Of a stretch of 58,728 bases of DNA, positions 38,401 to 46,900 are shown one piece after another (position 1 is the stretch's first letter; each line of letters opens with the position of its first letter). Source of the stretch: Kiritimatiellia bacterium (GTDB taxonomy: Bacteria; Verrucomicrobiota; Kiritimatiellia; RFP12; JBMNHG01); NCBI GenBank assembly GCA_045627705.1, contig JAZQOE010000069.1, positions 1-58,728 on the forward strand, in the 5' to 3' direction. A model generated the notes under the pieces. It was given only the letters and a program-made list of their open reading frames with translations. It did no database searches and was not told the DNA's origin. The position numbers were made by a program, and so were the translations under genes.

Positions 38401-39366
38401 GGCGACCCGATGAAGATCCGTTGGCCAGACGAAGCAGTCCCTGGCGCGAACATGAACACCGTGCCACCAGGCATGGGCGCCGAGGACTTCGGCGGTTCGG
38501 TAATCCAGGCCGACGACGGCTCCATCTACGTACAGGCCGGCAAGACGGCCTTCATCGACATGAAGCTCACCGGCCTCGAAACCTACCGGCTGCTTGGCGG
38601 CGGAGAAATCGCCTTCACCGATGAAGATGTCCAAACGGCGCAGGGTTTCAAGGTGAAATACCTCAGTGCCGTCGAGTCGTCGAAGATTTGCACCGTGCGC
38701 CAACGCGAAGTCGAGTTCACGGGAAATCCCGACAAGGACTTTGGCGAACCAGCCGTGAAATTCGGCGAGCGCGATTCGCTCCGCGGCTGGATCGCGTATG
38801 GCGCCGACAAGCTGTACCTCGCCTGGCGCGCCGATGACAAGACAGCATGGGTCAATGGAGCGACCGGATTCGAAAACCTCTATGCGATGGGCGACACGGT
38901 GGACTTCCAGCTTGCGACCGATCCCACGGCTGAACGCAAGCGCGGCGAGGCCGGCAAGGGCGATTTGCGCCTCTCGATCGGCAACTGGCGCGGAGTTGAC
39001 ACCGCGGTCCTGTACCGCAAGGTTTCCGATGAAAAGTCACCGATGACCTTCACGTCCGGCGTGTGGCGCGACGGCTACAAGATGGACTATGTGAAGATTG
39101 TCTCCAATGCCGAAATCACCCATTCGATCTACGGCAAGGGATCGGGATACATCGTCGAAGCCGCGATTCCTCTCGCCGCCCTTGGGTTGGAGCCCAAAGC
39201 CGGCCTGAGCCTGAAGGGCGACTTCGGCTTCACCTTCGGCGATGCCGCCGGGACAGATACGAACCTCCGCATCCACTGGGCAAACAAGGCGACGGGCATC
39301 GTCGCCGACGAAGTCGCCGAGCTGATGATGCAGCCCGCGCTTTGGGGAACCATCGACTTCGAGTAG
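35446..39366 (+). CDS. Large secreted protein: CBM9/DOMON-like ends, FlgD-Ig-like domain, NHL-like beta-propeller repeats (function unknown)
   Basis: Signal peptide MTKRFVVSAALAAAAVIPVFA. N-terminal VTIDGKFDDWDL...NLYLLSRW and C-terminal DKLYLAWRADD blocks (CBM9-like). VSLVIRDSNGYVVRNLL...GTHEIPWDG....GEPVAAGEYTWE (FlgD Ig-like). Repeats of the type DGNVYVG / GRLWVAE / DGRVYLA. The start is set at the first ATG preceding the signal peptide. Confidence 0.65.
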   Translation: MTKRFVVSAALAAAAVIPVFATETEHTQFKLFRAPGPVTIDGKFDDWDLTGSMLICSDVENYRDQYASWQCAMYDDDNLYLLSRWIDPTPLNNPGIVGADMGFQGDCLQVRVIVDSTGEAKERESKTEKLCHIDAWRGRDGRDVVSAGCGRNFKQPGYKNMLELGAKQAFAVNADNSGYTQELSIPWKLLSPDEGYRPTMGDTLLMTYEPNFGTSSKLRISTKDLFRPNVTPDRVFAFRAFTSWGFVKLLGESDRTPMPVRLADGRTFPVKLNDEGVPEVDWNGLYVENEIEGFKPISFEMPEDGFVSLVIRDSNGYVVRNLLNAEFMTKGTHEIPWDGLTTTSGKTYGEPVAAGEYTWEAIWRKALDLKLVGWAANAGSSPFNSPGGNWGGDQGNPNAVDCDSKRVFLGWTGSEAGRAVVCVNYDGKVQWRHKRGGFGGASLLAVNGAVLFVYDAGQENAIYRLDSMKGEYVNFEGRDTAVLPLDPILEPYAPEVDGERAKVELSGMTAIGGKLFLSVGPSKARWHSEQPSADVVIALDAATGDKVGELRVKNPLDIKAGADGRLYLLADGVVSVVDPATLSMAKVVDGLGEEARSVAADADGNVYVGCGAPSKQIKVFGADGKQTRSIGREGGRALVGKWQKDGFHALAGMRIDGKGRLWVAECDDKPRRFTMWDAASGELLREFFGPTHYGAGGGAICPSDPYTMVGLNCEWKIDPETGRDECVAVISRGAWGSARFGESPDGRVYLAVGGGRAGKSVEIYERLDAGEWVLRTIIGRPTGEVANANTPPKGLRVWADRNGDQKEQPEEVQEKLIGDIAGWIDGWYMPMNQNLTFGGGNYIIAVTGWTECGAPEYDIEKLQRLPDSAVAASAYRGGMGAQRCIISQDGRYVIYNARYGVDNSDMPCFEIPSGRKVAAYPSNYVGVHGGHRAPPAVQGMIRAAYDYVGTITMPAPLGNIFFIGTDKGEWHIINDAGYYIGKLFEGDPMKIRWPDEAVPGANMNTVPPGMGAEDFGGSVIQADDGSIYVQAGKTAFIDMKLTGLETYRLLGGGEIAFTDEDVQTAQGFKVKYLSAVESSKICTVRQREVEFTGNPDKDFGEPAVKFGERDSLRGWIAYGADKLYLAWRADDKTAWVNGATGFENLYAMGDTVDFQLATDPTAERKRGEAGKGDLRLSIGNWRGVDTAVLYRKVSDEKSPMTFTSGVWRDGYKMDYVKIVSNAEITHSIYGKGSGYIVEAAIPLAALGLEPKAGLSLKGDFGFTFGDAAGTDTNLRIHWANKATGIVADEVAELMMQPALWGTIDFE

Positions 39367-39396
39367 GCATCCCTCTCGCCTAACGGCTTGAGTGGT

Positions 39397-40230
39397 ATGC
39401 TTTCTGCTTTACGCACATCGATGAAAGCTTTTGCAAAATCGATGTGCGTTTTTTGTTTGATCGGGCTTCTTGCCACGCTTGCGAACGCAGGGGAATGGGC
39501 GGCTCGCGCCCACCAGATGAATCGTCGCGAGATATCATCGGACGAAGCGAAAAGCGCCTCCGCCGGCGAAGAGGTCGATCGCCGCAACAAACTCTGCATG
39601 CGCCGTATCAAGCCCGCGATGAAGGGGCCAGACTGGGATGCCGATCCGACTGGCATACCGTATGCGCTGTATCAGATCAACAAGCGTACGGAATTGCCAG
39701 TCCATATCGACAACGAAGGGCTTGATGTAGCCTCGGGCGAACTTTTCGAGGAGACGATTCTTTATTTGACAGCCCATTCCCGCTGGGCGTTCAATGCCGC
39801 CGAAATGGAGAATCTCTCGCGTTGGCTTACGCGCGGCGGTACCTTGCTGCTCGACGACTGCTATCTCCGCGGCAGCGGTTTCACGGAATCGAAAAACACC
39901 GAGGTCGCCAAAATCATGCCAGGCATTGAGGGCCCCATCTTCGCATTCGACGATACGCCCGTCGGTCACGACATGTTCAGCCTGCTCTATGCCAGCGCAC
40001 CACGTCCGGAAACCATCCGCGAACGCCATGTGTGGGAATACTTCATGTACGACGATCGTCCGATGGTCTTCTTCACTATGAACGACGATGGATGCGCATG
40101 GGAGGTTTCGACTCCCCCGACGGCCTCCAATCCAATCGGCGAAGGCATCGGCCACGGTGGCGACAACACCTTCCGGGAACTGTCCTACCAGTGGCTCACA
40201 AGTTGGTTCCTCTATGCCATGTGCCATTGA
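39397..40230 (+). CDS. Secreted protein, probably DUF4159 family
   Basis: Signal peptide MKAFAKSMCVFCLIGLLATLANA. LYLTAHSRWAFNAAEMENLSRWLTRGGTLLLDDC resembles the DUF4159 core. The start is ambiguous (TTG 39388, ATG 39397, ATG 39421). Confidence 0.5.
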   Translation: MLSALRTSMKAFAKSMCVFCLIGLLATLANAGEWAARAHQMNRREISSDEAKSASAGEEVDRRNKLCMRRIKPAMKGPDWDADPTGIPYALYQINKRTELPVHIDNEGLDVASGELFEETILYLTAHSRWAFNAAEMENLSRWLTRGGTLLLDDCYLRGSGFTESKNTEVAKIMPGIEGPIFAFDDTPVGHDMFSLLYASAPRPETIRERHVWEYFMYDDRPMVFFTMNDDGCAWEVSTPPTASNPIGEGIGHGGDNTFRELSYQWLTSWFLYAMCH

Positions 40231-40245
40231 CGGGGCGCCAAAGCA

Positions 40246-41880
40246 ATGAGCGAAAAGAAATCCCTGGGAAAGAAGATCGCAAGGGCGACGCTGCTCATAG
40301 CCTTCGCCAACCTGCTTTTCAAACTCGCCGGTCTCATCCAGGCCAAGGTGATGGGCCACTGCCTTTCGGCGGGTGATTTCGACGTAATGTATTCCTTCGC
40401 ATTCCAGAACTGCATTTTCGGGCTGTTCTTGATTGGCGAAGAAGGATTGGCGCCCGCATTCATGCCGACATTCATGGAAGAAATCGACAAGGATGAGCGA
40501 GGCGGCTGGCATTTCGCGAATTCCGTACTGTCGCTGCAGGCGGTGATACTTGTCGCCGTGGTCGCGCTGCTGATGTTCTTCCCGGACATCGTTGTGCGCA
40601 TCTGGACGGACTGGACGCCCGAAGCCGATCCAGAACGCTTCCGTCTTGGCGCATTCAGCATTCGTTGGCAGGCTCCCGCATTGATAGGCCTTTCGCTCGG
40701 CACCACTTCATACGTGCTTCTCAACGCCCACAAGCGCTTTTTCCTTGCGGCGTTCGGAGATGCAGTCTGGAAGTTCACGGTCGTCGCGGCGCTGCTAGGT
40801 GGGTGCGTCTTCCTCGGCGGCGATGCCGGGAAGATGCTGCTTGTGGGGCTTGTCGCCGGCGCGACGCTGAAGTTCGCCACCCACCTTGTCGGCCTACGTG
40901 ACAAGCTTCACCACATGCGTCCAAGCTTCGACTGGACCAGCCCGGCGATGAAGAAGCTCTACCTGCTCGCGCTTCCCCTGCTTGCTGGAATCGTCTTCGC
41001 GAAATTCCGCGACGCCTTCAACAACGTTTACATCCTCAGCAAGGTCAAGGGCATCGATGGCCTCATGCAGGCGAACTCCGTGGGGCGCATGCTCCAGGGG
41101 ACAATCCATACGCTTGTGCCACTCACGCTTTCGACCGCGGTGTTCCCCTTCCTCTGCGAACTGGTCGATCAGAACGACCATGAAAAACTGGCGGAAGTTC
41201 TAACGCACGTTGGTCGCTTCCTGCTCGCGATTTTCATACCCTTCGTCGCTGTGCTAGCGGTTCTTGCGACTCCCCTCACCCACTTCATCTTCCATGGCGG
41301 GGAATTCACCGATCTTGCCGTGCGGCGCGCCGCTCTTTCCACGGCGCTCTACTCGCTCGTGCTTCCCGCTTCCGCAATCGAGGCGCTGGCGATGCGCGGC
41401 TTTTTCGCAAGCCGGCGGATGGTTGCGGTAACAGTCGCGGGGATCGTCTTTTCATCGATCAGCATGCTCGTGAGCTGGCTTGGCCTGCGCTTCGACGATG
41501 GCAACGGATGGATCGCTCTTGCCGCGATCGCCGGCGGCTTCTCGCTAACGCGCCTAATGAAATGCGTCGTGCTTGTAGGCCTGCTCCGCAAGAGCGCGCC
41601 GGTATTCCCGCCTCGCGAGACAATCGCATTCCTTTTCAAGGTCACGGTTGTGGCCGTTGCATCGTGCGCCATAGCCTATGCGGCTTCGCGCGCCTGTGCG
41701 TACCTGCCATTTGATTCCGCGCTTCTCGGCGGCCGGATCGACGATGCCGCGCGTCTCGCCTTCGGTGGAGGCTGCGGCGCGGTCACCGCCCTTGCAGGAT
41801 GCTGGATATTGCGTATCCGCGAACCGTTCGAAATTGTCGGACTCGTCATCCGCAAGCGTAAACATTTTCAGAAAAAATAA
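40246..41880 (+). CDS. murJ: Lipid II flippase MurJ (MviN family)
   Basis: 544-aa polytopic membrane protein. The N-terminus IARATLLIAFANLLFKLAGLIQAKVMGHCLSAGDFDVMYSFAF is typical of MurJ. The hydrophobicity pattern suggests about 14 TM segments. Confidence 0.8.
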   Translation: MSEKKSLGKKIARATLLIAFANLLFKLAGLIQAKVMGHCLSAGDFDVMYSFAFQNCIFGLFLIGEEGLAPAFMPTFMEEIDKDERGGWHFANSVLSLQAVILVAVVALLMFFPDIVVRIWTDWTPEADPERFRLGAFSIRWQAPALIGLSLGTTSYVLLNAHKRFFLAAFGDAVWKFTVVAALLGGCVFLGGDAGKMLLVGLVAGATLKFATHLVGLRDKLHHMRPSFDWTSPAMKKLYLLALPLLAGIVFAKFRDAFNNVYILSKVKGIDGLMQANSVGRMLQGTIHTLVPLTLSTAVFPFLCELVDQNDHEKLAEVLTHVGRFLLAIFIPFVAVLAVLATPLTHFIFHGGEFTDLAVRRAALSTALYSLVLPASAIEALAMRGFFASRRMVAVTVAGIVFSSISMLVSWLGLRFDDGNGWIALAAIAGGFSLTRLMKCVVLVGLLRKSAPVFPPRETIAFLFKVTVVAVASCAIAYAASRACAYLPFDSALLGGRIDDAARLAFGGGCGAVTALAGCWILRIREPFEIVGLVIRKRKHFQKK

Positions 41881-41900
41881 ATCAAATGAATCGAATGGAT

Positions 41901-41919
41901 CGAATGCGCGCGCAATTCG
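41901..41919. terminator. Candidate bidirectional hairpin between convergent murJ and the lectin-repeat gene
   Basis: CGAATGCGCGCGCAATTCG is a near-perfect palindrome (CGAAT..GCGCGCGC..ATTCG) in the 43-nt convergent gap. There is no strong U-tract. Confidence 0.35.
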
Positions 41920-41923
41920 CACG

Positions 41924-43552
41924 CTATTCGGCAAATGCCCGGAGAGGCCGGACAGACCGCCCGCTGTAGCGGCCGATGCTGTACCGGTAGAAATAGCCCG
42001 AACTGAAGTAGAGCTTCCACGCGTAGTAGGAATAGTCCGAATAAGGCGTAGAAGACCAGTAGTAGCCGTTCGAGCCGGCGTAGTAGAGGTAGGAGCCGCT
42101 GCCGTAGCCGGCAGCGGGAAGGAAGATGCTCTTTGAGGCGTACGCCCCCTTGCCCGTTACAAGACGCCCCGAAACGCCGTTGCTTGTCATCCATGCCGTT
42201 GTACAGTTGCTGATGAGCGCGGACCACTCCGCATCCGTCGGCATCCGCCACGGCGCGCCGAGGTGCGCCGTGGCGGCGTCGTGCGCGGCGACGAGATTGC
42301 CCAATGCGTCGATCCAGCCCTCGGATTGCAACTGCGAATTGTTCTTGCCGTACGTGGGACAATTGCCGGAACCGAAACTGAATGACGCCCCGTCCGCTAC
42401 CGACACCCAGCCGTTGTTGCCGGCGTTTCGCTTGTACCCCACCGTGTCGCCCCACCAGAAGTAGTACCCGTATTTCTCGGGTTTCGTGGCGCCGACGTTG
42501 CACTCCGCCCAGTAGGGACCGTTTTCCCAAAGTTGCACGCCGCCGAGACCGCCATTAACCCACACCGCGTACAGCATGACCGTCCCGCCCGCGATAGCCG
42601 TGAGGTTCGAGACTGTCTGGCCGTCCGTATAAACAACGGATCCCGTTGCGCACGTCGCCCAGCCGCCAAACGTGTAGCCCGTGCGGGTGAAGGCGTTGGC
42701 GGTCAGCGCCTTCGATGCACCGTAGGTGAAGGCCTCGTCCGCCATCGTACCGGCACCGCCATTCGCGTTGAAGGCAACCGTGTAGCTCGCGGAAGGATCC
42801 TCGGCAAATCCTCGGAGAGGCCGGACAGACTGCCCGTAGTAGCGGTCGTAGTAGTAGTACCGGCCGAAACCGCCCGAACCGAAGTCGAGCTCCCACGCGA
42901 GGTAGGAACTGTCCGAATACGGCGTAGAAGACCAGTAGAGGCCGTACGAGCCGGTATTGTTGAGGTAGGAGCCGTAGCCGTTGCCGGCAGCGGGAAGGAA
43001 GATGCTCTTTGAGGCGTACGCCCCCTTGCCCGTTACAAGACGCCCCGAAACGCCGTTGCTTGTCATCCATGTCGTTGTGCAGTTGCTGATGAGCGCGGAC
43101 CCCTCCGCACCCGTCGGCATCCGCCACGGCGCGCCGAGGTGCGCCGTGGCGGCGTCGTGCGCGGCGACGAGATTGCCCGATGCGTCGATCCAGACCGCGG
43201 ATTGCAACTGCGAATTGTTCTTGCCGTACGTGGGACAATTGCCGGAACCGAAACTGAATGACGCCCCGTTCGCAACCGACACCCAGCCATTATTGTCGGC
43301 ATTGCGCCTGTACCCCACCGTGTCGCCCCACCAGAAGTAGTAGCCGTATTCCTCCGGCTTGCTTGCGCCGACGTTGCACTCCGCCCAGTACGGGCCGTTC
43401 TCCCAGAGCTGTACGCCGCCCAGCGGCCCGACATCGACCGTCAGCGCGACGTCGTCGATCTTCACATTCGGAACGTCCGCGCACGCAGTGCCAATCGCGA
43501 CCGCCGCCACGACCGCCGCCGCAAATGTTTTCAATCCATGTCGAATGCTCAT
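41924..43552 (-). CDS. Secreted protein with two FISUMP/DUF1566-like lectin-fold domains separated by a Listeria-Bacteroides (InlB B-type) repeat
   Basis: Signal peptide MSIRHGLKTFAAAVVAAVAIGTACA. Two ~205-aa copies of GGVQLWENGPYWAECNVGA...YYFWWGDTVGY...WRMPT..E..ALI...SIFLPAAG...YWSSTP...AW.L.F......SVRPLR.FAE. The central YTVAFNANGGAGTM...GYTFGGWA...LYAVW is the InlB B-repeat. The track ORF extends 132 codons upstream of this ATG through low-complexity sequence. Confidence 0.75.
   Translation of the reverse strand: MSIRHGLKTFAAAVVAAVAIGTACADVPNVKIDDVALTVDVGPLGGVQLWENGPYWAECNVGASKPEEYGYYFWWGDTVGYRRNADNNGWVSVANGASFSFGSGNCPTYGKNNSQLQSAVWIDASGNLVAAHDAATAHLGAPWRMPTGAEGSALISNCTTTWMTSNGVSGRLVTGKGAYASKSIFLPAAGNGYGSYLNNTGSYGLYWSSTPYSDSSYLAWELDFGSGGFGRYYYYDRYYGQSVRPLRGFAEDPSASYTVAFNANGGAGTMADEAFTYGASKALTANAFTRTGYTFGGWATCATGSVVYTDGQTVSNLTAIAGGTVMLYAVWVNGGLGGVQLWENGPYWAECNVGATKPEKYGYYFWWGDTVGYKRNAGNNGWVSVADGASFSFGSGNCPTYGKNNSQLQSEGWIDALGNLVAAHDAATAHLGAPWRMPTDAEWSALISNCTTAWMTSNGVSGRLVTGKGAYASKSIFLPAAGYGSGSYLYYAGSNGYYWSSTPYSDYSYYAWKLYFSSGYFYRYSIGRYSGRSVRPLRAFAE
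41927..42544 (-). repeat. Intragenic direct repeat, copy 2 (C-terminal lectin domain)
   Basis: Long stretches are identical to 42800-43420. For example, ggaaggaagatgctctttgaggcgtacgcccccttgcccgttacaagacgccccgaaacgccgttgcttgtcatccatg occurs at both 42118 and 42994. The offset is 876 bp. Confidence 0.9.
42800..43420 (-). repeat. Intragenic direct repeat, copy 1 (N-terminal lectin domain)
   Basis: See copy 2. The copies are near-identical except for the ~180 bp encoding the C-terminal Tyr/Gly/Ser-rich patch. Confidence 0.9.
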
Positions 43553-43653
43553 CCGTAGATTCCTTTCAAGTTTCAGGAAAAGGAGATTATACAACATGGG
43601 GAAAGGGGAATGGAAAAATGAAAATTGAAAATTGATGCTGGGGGCGGCGGATT

Positions 43654-43690
43654 GGTAAGAGGTAAAAGGTAATAGGCAAAAGGTAAAAGG
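43654..43690. repeat. Imperfect heptanucleotide tandem repeat (TAAAAGG-like, x5) in a divergent promoter region
   Basis: ggtaaga ggtaaaa ggtaata ggcaaaa ggtaaaa gg. Flanked by other 7-mer duplications: aaaattg x2 (43621-43634) and gataaca x2 (43698-43711). Confidence 0.7.
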
Positions 43691-43986
43691 TTTGGGAAGA
43701 TAACAGATAACAGATGTCGCTGGGGGCTGTGCCCCAAAGACCCCTGCGCTTTGTGACCGTGCGGGACGCGCGGTCCCCCGGATGTCGCGGTCTGACCCCG
43801 TTTTTGCATGTCGAGGTAATCGAGTTGTCCGACATGATCGACACGAGCGATTTCGCCATGGTTGCGCCGCGCCCGACACTGGCGGCAACCGTGCCGCGTG
43901 CGTTGCGATGTCCGTCCCCATAGCCAACCTGTTTTTATTTACCACCAATAATCAGTTTTGCTACATTTTATCCATCGGAGTTACAC

Positions 43987-46900
43987 ATGAAGTCAATAGC
44001 ATCGGTTGCCATCGTTGTCCTCATATCACTTTCCACTTTCGCCGCGCAAGACGAGGCGCTGAAACTGGCGCAGGCGCGAACCGAGGACGTGCGCCGACTG
44101 CACCGCGCGGCTATCGCCGAGATACAGGACGTCCGCACACTCGCCCGCTACCTGAAGGACTGGGGCGGTCCCGACCGAGACCCCGAAGCAGATACGCTCA
44201 TGGTCGAGGCCGAAGGGCTTTATGGCATCGTCCGCGCCGCCGACCATGCAAGCCAGGGCCTCCAGGCACTGCGCGACGCGACAAACTACGAAGCGCGGCG
44301 CACCGCCCGGGAAGCCGCGAAAGCCGCCGGTGGCGACGCCGACGCAATCGCAGCCGCCGAAACCACCGCCGGAGCCGATATCCCGACGACAGATTCCGAA
44401 TATCTCTCGCTGCTGGATGCGGCGCGCCGTTATGCGGCAATCGAAGTCACCAGCCTTTACGGTCGCGCAGGCGCCTTGAAGACGATCCTCATCGGAGAAG
44501 TGCGCGCGAAAGCGCGCGAGGCTCGTCCGTTCGAGATTGTTTCCGAAGCGATGCCGTGGGTTGACGATCCAATCCGCGAAGCCAACCGCAACGCAGGGTT
44601 GCAGTACGGATGGTCGATGGATGAAGAGTTCTTTGCGATGTCGCCATCAGACCAGGATGCCATGGCCGCGAAGGCCGCGTCGATCGGCGCTCGCTTCGTC
44701 GAAGTCGATTGGTCGGCCGCTTGCGACTGGGGCGAAATGGAGCCAGAGCCTGGCGTCTATGACTTCAGCGGACTCGATCATGCGGTCGCCCTTCTTTCCG
44801 AGCATGGACTCCACATCGTTCCGCGTCTGCGCACCTTCACAGGCAAGCCGCCAGAATGGTTCCTCGAAGGACACAAGAACAAATGCAGGCTGGAGGTACC
44901 GAATCGCGAACGCGATGGTAGCATCTCCATCAAGCCCACCGGCATCAACCTCCTCGATCCCACGACAAACGATGCTTTCATCAAATTTCTAACGGCATAC
45001 GCCGAGCATCTGCGCAGCATTGCCGATGGCCTGGTCGATGCGATTTCCATCGACAACCGCGTCGAAACCGAAGCAGTGCCAGACATCTCGCCCGCAATGA
45101 ACGAAGCCTGGCAAGCGGTGGGGAACAATGGCGTATGGACACCGCCAGAAGAAATACCGCTCGACACGCCCGAAAACGCGACTGCGCACATTTCTGCCGA
45201 ATCCTTCCGAGAATACGTCTTGACATACTCGCTCGCCATGATGCGTGACGCCCTGAAGAAGGGCTGGCCAGAAGTCAATGTGCAGATACCTGTCGCAAGC
45301 GACGACTTCCACCGCATGATCGACGGCCACACTGGTCTCTCCCGCGACTTTGCGCAAATCTCCATGCTTGCGGATGTCGCGAGCACGGCGACCGACAGCC
45401 CGGCCGGTTTCGCGCTTCTACACTCACTCGCTTTCGGCCGCACCGTCTGGAGCCACATGATCCATTCAGGTTGCGGAATGTGCGGCTCAACCGCCGCATC
45501 GCACGTGCCGTTCTACGACACCGTCCACATTGTCCACGGCAACCAAGGACGTTCTACGCGCTCGCACTTCCCCGACTCCTGGTTCCGCTATCAGGACCAC
45601 CAGCTCGGCGACAGCGGAATCGGCAACCACTGGATCGCCCCGCTCCGCATGGCGCAAATCGCGCCCACGATCCTCAACACCCGCCCTGTCTATGCCGATG
45701 TCGCAGTGTACTGGAGCCAGGGCAGTCTCCGCCGCGACCGCAAGTCAACCTACAAGAGCGCGATGGCATGGGGCCACCTCCTCCAGCGCATCCAAGTCCC
45801 GTACGATTATGTCGCCAACGATCGCCTCGGCGATCTGCTGCGGCATCACAAGGTTCTCATCCTCCCGAACTGCCAGTCGATGTCGGACTCCGAATGCGAC
45901 ACCATCCGCGATTGGGTCCGCGCGGGTGGCATCCTTCTCGCCTTTGGTGTACCAGGGCGCTTTGCATCCGATGGCACGGAGCGCGATGCTCTTCCGCTCG
46001 CGGATGTCTTCGGGGCCGACATCGCGACGATGTGCCAGCCTGGCCCGGTCACTCCCGACAAGCTTGATACCACCCACCCCGAAGGCTGCTTCCAAGGCGG
46101 CAATCTCCCGCCCCGTCCGTACAAGTTCGAAACGAATCTCGCCGCGGTTCTCGCGCCACGCGATGATGTCGAAGCCCGCGCATGGTACGATGGCGCACAC
46201 CGCGAACCCGCGATTGTCGAGCACCGTTTCGGCGATGGCGAAGCACTCTTCTGCGGCTTCCCGCTCGGTTTCGAATACTGGGAAAGCGCACCATACGAAC
46301 TCGCGCTTGGAATGACGCACCACCGCAATCCAAACCACAACGCCGAGCAGAAGCGCTACGAGGCATGGGTGCTGGCCGAGCTTTCAAGGCGCGGCATAGT
46401 GCGGCCCGCAGTCCTTTCCAGCGGACGCTACCTGCGTGCGCAGCGCGGCGACGATCCCGACTGGTACCACGTTTACCGCAACGGACCAAACTACCAGGAA
46501 TACATGTTCGAGGACGAGACACCAGTGCGCGCGTCGTACGCATTCCCACGCTGCCGCGATGGCATCGACGCCACATACGTTGGCATCGCGAACACCGAGA
46601 TCAACTACATGTGGGAACGCGGGTACTTCATCTCGACCCTCGCCGGAGCGTACATAACGGCGGATGTCGCGGTATCGACGACTCCCGCAGCGGATGCGGG
46701 ACTCGTTGTAGATGCGCGACTCGGCGTGCCTGTTCCCTTCCAAGTCCTAACGGGGCACGGTCCGGCCGAAAGCGCTCCGGCGGAACCGACCCGCCTGCGC
46801 TTCACCGCATGGATCCCGGCCGCGCAGTCCGCGGCATTCGCGGTAACGGCTTCTTCGTCCATCCGGCTCTTCGGCGAAGGAGCGCAGGCTGGCGACACGC

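Noticed and set aside
41924-43552. A diversity-generating retroelement (DGR) acting on the lectin-fold repeats, with one copy as template and the other as variable repeat.
   Set aside because: There is no reverse transcriptase or accessory gene nearby. Both copies are coding. By-eye alignment of the divergent ~180 bp shows substitutions of all types (C/T, G/A, C/A, multi-base), not restricted to template adenines.
43715-43986. A tmRNA or other known structured RNA. The cues were GGGGCTG-like sequence at 43722 and ACCACCA at 43941-43947.
   Set aside because: There is no T-arm (GGTTCGAnTCC) and no complementary acceptor 3' strand. I also found no tag-peptide reading frame, RNase P (GAGGAAAGTCC) signature or SRP signature. 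I kept it only as an unexplained structured region in the findings.
43782-44564. A 260-aa plus-strand ORF starting in the intergenic region and overlapping the 5' end of the GH42-like gene.
   Set aside because: The translation is Arg-rich and low-complexity and is out of frame with the CDS at 43987. That CDS has a GGAG RBS and a canonical signal peptide.
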